From assembly GCA_048938445.1 (NCBI GenBank), contig JBHLME010000038.1:1-32894 (forward strand): a stretch of 32,894 nt of DNA, written 5' to 3'. This document shows, piece by piece, positions 27,751 to 32,894 of the stretch. Below the pieces are notes generated by a model, which had not been told where the DNA came from, did not search any database, and saw only the letters and a list, made by a program, of their open reading frames with translations. The stretch is from Promethearchaeota archaeon (lineage in GTDB: Archaea; Asgardarchaeota; Lokiarchaeia; Sigyniarchaeales; SOKP01). Position 1 is the first letter of the stretch. Each line of letters begins with the position of its first letter. Made by a program: the position numbers and the translations under genes.

Positions 27751-28419
27751 ATGGCTAAAAAAGAAATTCTAAGGGTAAAGGGAAACATTAAAGAGATGTA
27801 TGCTAAACTCAGTAAACCATATGCTATTATTGAAGAAAAATTTGAAAAAAAGATTAGAGAAAGATCTTTAAAACTACTAAACCTTCAAGAAGGAGAAAAA
27901 GTTCTTGAAATTGGATTTGGAACGGGAGTTTCCTTAATTGAAATACAAAAAGCAGTAGGAGACTCTGGGAAAGTACATGGCATTGATTTAACACCCGAAA
28001 TGATTGAAATAACTAGAGCAAGATTAACACGAATAAATCTATTGGATAAAATAGAATTGGCTGAAGGTGATGCGAGAACTTTACCTTATCCAGATAAATT
28101 TTTTGATGTTGTATATTTATCAAGCACCTTGGAACTATTTGATACCCCCGATATTCCTATTGTTCTCTCAGAAATTAAAAGAGTGTTGAAATCCTCAGGA
28201 AGATTAGGGGTGGTGAGTATTTCAAAGGAAAACCATGAATCATCAATATTAATTAAAATTTATGAATGGTTTCACCAAAATTTCACTAGATATGCAAGTT
28301 GCAGGCCAATTTATGTAGAAGATTCCGTCAAATCTGCTGATTTTAAGATAATTAAATCTGAAGAATTAATGATGGGTGGTATGTTTCCTATGAAAATTAT
28401 AGTTGCTAAACTAATATAA
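27751..28419 (+). CDS. Class I SAM-dependent methyltransferase (UbiE-like)
   Basis: VLEIGFGTG, GIDLTPEM, GDARTLPY..FD, RVLKSSG. Confidence 0.88.
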   Translation: MAKKEILRVKGNIKEMYAKLSKPYAIIEEKFEKKIRERSLKLLNLQEGEKVLEIGFGTGVSLIEIQKAVGDSGKVHGIDLTPEMIEITRARLTRINLLDKIELAEGDARTLPYPDKFFDVVYLSSTLELFDTPDIPIVLSEIKRVLKSSGRLGVVSISKENHESSILIKIYEWFHQNFTRYASCRPIYVEDSVKSADFKIIKSEELMMGGMFPMKIIVAKLI

Positions 28420-28526
28420 TACTAATTAATACAAATGGATTAATGCAAAAATTGCACTTAATTATAAATAACATTTAATCCATTCCACAATGTATTTAAG
28501 GTTGTTTTAAAAGTTGGAGAAATTAA

Positions 28527-29078
28527 TTGAGTGATTTCTTGGAGAGACAGTCGTTAGATAGAAAATTTACGACTAAAAAGATTGCAACAGCAGCAATCTT
28601 TATTGGAATAGGATTAATTTTAAGTTATTTAAATCCTTTTGCTTACTTTCTAATATTTAATACTAAAATTAATCCTTTTGTTCATATGATTAATGCTATA
28701 ACAGGTGTCTTAATTGGTTTGTTATTCTCTACCATTACTGCGACCGGAATAGCTATTTTCCGTCCTATCTTAAATATAGGAACAATCCACGCTTTTCATG
28801 GAGGTATACCTGGAGCAATTGTTGTAGGAATAGTTGCTTTTTTAATTAAAAAGAAAAATCCTAAATATATCAATTATGCTGCTTTTTTTGAACCTTTAGG
28901 AACAATTTTAATAGGTGGATCAATTGCATGGATAATTGAACTGGGGGGATTAAATCCAGAAGGAATATTTTATTATTGGGGATTATTTGCAGGGAGTTGT
29001 GTCCCAGGTAGTATAATTGGATTCATTATTTTAGGAATCTTAAAAAATGGAGGAATAACATGGGAAGATTTCAATTAA
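28527..29078 (+). CDS. thiW: ECF transporter S-component, ThiW-like
   Basis: KINPFVHMINAITGVLIG, R..LNIGTIHAF.GG..GA, EPLGT.LIG, S...G..IG; 5-6 TM segments. Confidence 0.75.
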   Translation: MSDFLERQSLDRKFTTKKIATAAIFIGIGLILSYLNPFAYFLIFNTKINPFVHMINAITGVLIGLLFSTITATGIAIFRPILNIGTIHAFHGGIPGAIVVGIVAFLIKKKNPKYINYAAFFEPLGTILIGGSIAWIIELGGLNPEGIFYYWGLFAGSCVPGSIIGFIILGILKNGGITWEDFN

Positions 29079-29100
29079 ATATAATTAATTTTAATATATA

Positions 29101-29685
29101 ATGGAAGTTTGGAAACATAATGATTATCGAAATTGTATCGGACGCTACACACTAATATATGGAGAAGTTAATACGGGAAAAACTTTTTATACTGCAAAGT
29201 TTGTCGAATTTTTAATTGAATCAGGTTTTAATCCAAAAGACATTAGTATTTTAGATTTTGCACCAAGATATGAAGAATTAAAAAAATTAAAAATTGGTGG
29301 GAAGTTAAAAGATTTTTATAAGAATATTTTATTATGTAATATAATAAATTTAAAAGGTGAAATAATACCACCACGCTTAACTGCACGTAATAAAAATGAA
29401 CTTCAGAAATTTGCACGTCAAAATTATATAAAAACTTTAGAGGCTATTGAAAAATTTAACAAAAATCATACTAATGTCTTGATTATAAATGATATTTCCA
29501 TTTATTTACAATTTGGAAATAAAAAATATTTATTAAATACAATTAAAAAATCTCAAACATTTTTTGGAAATTCTTACTTTGGGAAATCAATAAAGAGCAA
29601 TTATTTTTCTTTTTTTTTTAATTATAAGGAGAGTCGAAAAGTTAAATATCTAATTAAAAAATTGGATAGAACCATTAAATTATAG
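29101..29685 (+). CDS. Small P-loop NTPase of unknown function
   Basis: Walker A TLIYGEVNTGKT, Walker B-like VLIIND. Confidence 0.7.
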   Translation: MEVWKHNDYRNCIGRYTLIYGEVNTGKTFYTAKFVEFLIESGFNPKDISILDFAPRYEELKKLKIGGKLKDFYKNILLCNIINLKGEIIPPRLTARNKNELQKFARQNYIKTLEAIEKFNKNHTNVLIINDISIYLQFGNKKYLLNTIKKSQTFFGNSYFGKSIKSNYFSFFFNYKESRKVKYLIKKLDRTIKL

Positions 29686-29932
29686 TTTCATAGATTTTTA
29701 TTCTCTTATCAGAATTATCTGTAAATTTCTTAATAAAATTTTTTTCTTGTAATTTTTTGAGAGAATAGGCGATTGTCCTTTTAGGTAATAAGGTTTTCTT
29801 TATAATTTCGCTTTGTTTCAATGGACCCTTATGCTTTAAAAGATATAATATAAATTTACTTGAAGGAGATAATGAAATTAATTCTTTTTTATCAATATAA
29901 TCATCAATCGAATACATGTCACTAACAATCAT
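29675..29932 (-). CDS. Small winged-helix (MarR-like) DNA-binding protein
   Basis: LSPSSKFILYLL..GPLKQSEI...LLPKRTIAYSLKKL...DKR; AGGTGA SD upstream. Confidence 0.85.
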   Translation of the reverse strand: MIVSDMYSIDDYIDKKELISLSPSSKFILYLLKHKGPLKQSEIIKKTLLPKRTIAYSLKKLQEKNFIKKFTDNSDKRIKIYETII

Positions 29933-30076
29933 TTAATCACCTATTGATATAGAGTTATAGGGCTTTTTAATTCTTTACATTTATAAAAAATAAGAATGAT
30001 CTATTATAATCTGTGAATTTTATAAGTTTAAACAATGATTTGGATTCAGGTTTCAGATTTAATTCTTTTCTTGGTT

Positions 30077-30097
30077 AAAGTTTCAATTTGAAACTTT
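30077..30097. promoter_or_regulatory. Perfect inverted repeat AAAGTTTCAA-T-TTGAAACTTT, candidate operator
   Basis: 10-bp arms with a 1-nt spacer, abutting a TATA-like TATATAAAAA on the minus strand upstream of the wHTH gene. Confidence 0.55.
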
Positions 30098-30137
30098 TTA
30101 TATATTAAAAAATAAAATACATTTTTAGTAGAGAATA

Positions 30138-30701
30138 TTAAAAGTGACCACATCCCAAACATTTGCTATCTAAAAATGCCTCACATTCTTTACATATATT
30201 CCCACATTTACTTTCTTGGCTAACATTACTAAATAAATTTAACGGAAAAAATTTCGGCATATTAAAACTTGATAAAAACAAGACCTCTGTATGTAATACA
30301 CCTTTTTTATTTGATGGACCACAATGATTCAAATAATTTTGTAAAACATCTAAATTTTGACCCACTATACCTAAAATTAAGTTATATCTTCCGGAAAGTT
30401 GAGCTAATAAAAATACACGAGGACAATTCATGTATTCTTTAGTTATAATTTTAATTTTCTCAAAGTTTTCCAATTCCATTAAGAGTATAGCAGCAGTATA
30501 GTTTAAATTTTTAATACTAAGATTGCCTTGGATTTTTAACAACTTTGATTCTTCCATTTTTGTTATTCTCTTTCGAATTCCAGTATGACTCATTGATTCA
30601 TCATTTTTTTTCATAACCTGATCTGCAAGGGTTTGAAGATTTTCTCTTCCATTATTAAAAAGAACTTTAATAATTTGTTTGTCAATATTATCTAAAACCA
30701 T
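30138..30701 (-). CDS. Lrp/AsnC family transcription regulator with C-terminal Cys cluster
   Basis: LDNIDKQIIKVL..NGR, SHTGIRKRI, SGRYNL (RAM domain), tail CGNICKECEAFLDSKCLGC. Confidence 0.85.
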   Translation of the reverse strand: MVLDNIDKQIIKVLFNNGRENLQTLADQVMKKNDESMSHTGIRKRITKMEESKLLKIQGNLSIKNLNYTAAILLMELENFEKIKIITKEYMNCPRVFLLAQLSGRYNLILGIVGQNLDVLQNYLNHCGPSNKKGVLHTEVLFLSSFNMPKFFPLNLFSNVSQESKCGNICKECEAFLDSKCLGCGHF

Positions 30702-31009
30702 AATATCATTTAATTAATGTTTGAATATAAATAGGATTCGTTATTTTTTACATTTTAATTCTGACCTTAAAATTTGTTTAAATTCAATTCTAAATTGATA
30801 TTTGATATAAAAACAAATTAAATTAAGAAATTGAGAAAATATTTGTTTAAAATTTATTAATTTTATTGAGTTAAAACATTGGTTATATAAGTGCAATTAA
30901 ATAATCATAAAAGATTTTATAAGATTAATCTTAAATTTGATACTAATGATAATAAACTCAAGATTTAATAATATATTAAAAATTGAATAACTTTCTCAGA
31001 TAGAAATCT

Positions 31010-32233
31010 ATGAGACGTGTATATTTAGATTATGCTGCAACTACTCCAATGGATCCTGAGGTTATTAGTGAAATTGATAAACATTTGAGAGAGACTTATG
31101 GAAATGCCTCCAGCTTGCATGGTGATGGTCAGATTGCACATCAATTATTAGAAAAATGTCGTCAAAAAATTGCGCAATTCTTAAATGCAAATGAAGATGA
31201 AATAGTTTTTACTTCATCAGGTACAGAATCAAATAATCTCGCTTTAAAGGGTATAGCCTATAAGAATAGAGAACGAGGGAACCATATAATTACTTCTAAA
31301 ATTGAACATCATTCCGTCCTACATACATGTCAATATTTAGAAAAAATTGGTTTTAAAGTTTCATATGTTAATGTTGATAAAGATGGATTAATTGATTTAA
31401 AAGAATTAGAAGAAAACATTACTGACAAAACAATTTTAATATCAGTCATGTTTGCAAACAACGAAATAGGGACAATAGAACCAATTAAAGAGATCGGACA
31501 AATTGCTAAAAAACATAATGTTCTTTTTCATACAGATGCCGTACAAGCATTTGGAAAAATACCTATAGATGTTGAGGATTTAAATATTGATTTACTTTCA
31601 GCTAGTGGACACAAAATTTACGGACCTAAAGGTGTAGGAATGCTTTATGTGAGGGGAGGGGGTAAAAAGAAAGGTATGGGGAAATATATTGAACCTATTT
31701 TACATGGAGGAGGTCATGAAAAAGGATTAAGGTCAAGTACGGAAAATATCCCTGGAATTGTGGGATTTACCAAGGCCGTAGAGTTATGTCAACACAATAT
31801 GGAAATTGAAAGTTCCAAATTAATAAACTTTCGAGATAAAATTATTTCTAAATTCACCAGTGAAATTGATGATGTCTATTTAAATGGGCATCCTACTAAA
31901 AGATTACCTAATAATGTAAATTTAGGATTTAGATATATTGAAGGAGAATCCATCCTTTTAAGTTTAGATATAGAAGGAATTTCAGTATCAACAGGTTCCG
32001 CATGTTCTTCAAAATCTTTGGAAGCGTCACATGTGTTATTAGCCATTGGTCAAAAACCAGAAGAAGCCCATGGATCAATTAGAATCACTATGGGACGTTT
32101 TACCACGGAAGATGACATAAAATATTTGTTTGAAACATTACCAGGTATTATTATTCGATTACGAAGTATGTCTCCTCTTAAAAAGGGAAAGAAATATTTA
32201 TTGAACGATTCAAATTTACATTGCGATAATTAA
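31010..32233 (+). CDS. iscS: Cysteine desulfurase, group I (IscS/NifS)
   Basis: YLDYAATTP, FTSSGTESNN, HTDAVQ, SGHKIYGPKG, STGSACSS. Confidence 0.96.
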   Translation: MRRVYLDYAATTPMDPEVISEIDKHLRETYGNASSLHGDGQIAHQLLEKCRQKIAQFLNANEDEIVFTSSGTESNNLALKGIAYKNRERGNHIITSKIEHHSVLHTCQYLEKIGFKVSYVNVDKDGLIDLKELEENITDKTILISVMFANNEIGTIEPIKEIGQIAKKHNVLFHTDAVQAFGKIPIDVEDLNIDLLSASGHKIYGPKGVGMLYVRGGGKKKGMGKYIEPILHGGGHEKGLRSSTENIPGIVGFTKAVELCQHNMEIESSKLINFRDKIISKFTSEIDDVYLNGHPTKRLPNNVNLGFRYIEGESILLSLDIEGISVSTGSACSSKSLEASHVLLAIGQKPEEAHGSIRITMGRFTTEDDIKYLFETLPGIIIRLRSMSPLKKGKKYLLNDSNLHCDN

Positions 32234-32272
32234 AAATTTATTCAACAAAAAATAGTAATTAACGATAAAAAA

Positions 32273-32656
32273 ATGTATTCGGAAAAGGTAATGGAACATT
32301 TTAAAAATCCAAGAAATATGGGGGAAATGAAAGATGCTGATAGCATAGGAGAAGTTGGCAACCCAGTATGTGGTGACCTCATGTATATCTATATAAAAGT
32401 GAAGGATAATATCATAGAGGATATTAGTTTTCAAACTTTTGGATGTGGGGCTGCAATAGCTACTTCTTCGATGATTACAGAACTAGCTAAAGGAAAAACG
32501 TTAGAAGAAGGCATAAAAATAACAAGAAAAGATGTTGCTGACGCGTTAGATGGATTACCTCCTATCAAAATGCATTGTAGTAACCTAGCAGCAGATGGTT
32601 TACATAAAGCTATAGAAAATTATTATTCCAAAAATAAAGGAAATAATCAATCTTGA
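32273..32656 (+). CDS. iscU: Fe-S scaffold protein IscU/NifU-N
   Basis: YSEKVMEHF.NPRN, GNPVCGD, TFGCGAAIA, LPPIKMHCS. Confidence 0.96.
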   Translation: MYSEKVMEHFKNPRNMGEMKDADSIGEVGNPVCGDLMYIYIKVKDNIIEDISFQTFGCGAAIATSSMITELAKGKTLEEGIKITRKDVADALDGLPPIKMHCSNLAADGLHKAIENYYSKNKGNNQS

Positions 32657-32699
32657 ATGGTAATGAGAATTTTTTGGGCCTAATTATCTTAAATTCAAA

Positions 32700-32894
32700 T
32701 TATATATAATTTAAAGCATTTTCTAAGCATTCTCTAATTTTTTTCACTGGTTCAATACCGACAGAAATTCTCATTAAGTAGAAATTTAATCCCATTTTTT
32801 CAAGAAATTCTTTTGAATCATTATAATGAGCCATAATTACATATGGACTTAATAAGGTCTTCTCAGAACCTAAACTTGGACCTTTTAATATGGG
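32700..32894 (-). CDS. C-terminal fragment of a Cys/Met metabolism PLP enzyme (cystathionine gamma-synthase-like); gene begins outside the window
   Basis: Manual translation ...PILKGPSLGSEKTLLSPYVIMAHYND...LMRISVGIE...LENALNYI*; SLG and RISVGIE are family motifs. Confidence 0.8.
   Translation of the reverse strand, partial: PILKGPSLGSEKTLLSPYVIMAHYNDSKEFLEKMGLNFYLMRISVGIEPVKKIRECLENALNYI

Noticed and set aside
32216-32434. 72-aa minus-strand ORF
   Set aside because: Antisense to iscU
1-32894. CRISPR arrays, tRNA/rRNA genes, transposases or integrases
   Set aside because: No regularly spaced repeats, cloverleaf/T-loop motifs or mobile-element ORFs were seen by eye; the only clear GC-rich non-coding island is the SRP RNA

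Overview
AT-rich archaeal chromosomal window, most likely from an Asgard archaeon (Lokiarchaeia-like). This is inferred from the archaeal/eukaryote-type uS10, archaeal SRP RNA, GGTGA Shine-Dalgarno motifs, a longin-domain protein, a RING finger and a Bud23-like methyltransferase. No mobile elements or CRISPR arrays were seen. Contents in order: a truncated chemoreceptor-like sensor; two tandem RHH-DHp-REC signalling proteins; a CDF transporter; two Ldh_2 dehydrogenases; SRP RNA; Mpg; IMPase/FBPase; uS10 (apparent ATT start); a radical SAM enzyme; a Bud23-like methyltransferase; two single-domain receivers; GH172; a nucleotide-sugar dehydrogenase; a run of small proteins (Zn ribbons, coiled coil, C4C4 RING, START-like, longin) with a candidate box C/D sRNA; an IT-family transporter; an isocitrate/isopropylmalate-family dehydrogenase; an nfnAB-type pair; guaA; ThiW; regulators; iscS-iscU; and a truncated Cys/Met PLP enzyme. 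The best candidate for a new system is the Nfn-type electron-bifurcating transhydrogenase, whose large subunit carries a fused wHTH + 2x[4Fe-4S] + FrhB (F420-binding family) module. The runners-up are the kinase-less RHH-DHp-REC pair (one with His, one with His->Arg) and the eukaryote-like Bud23 and Not4-type RING proteins. All family calls come from motif recognition by eye; no database searches were run.
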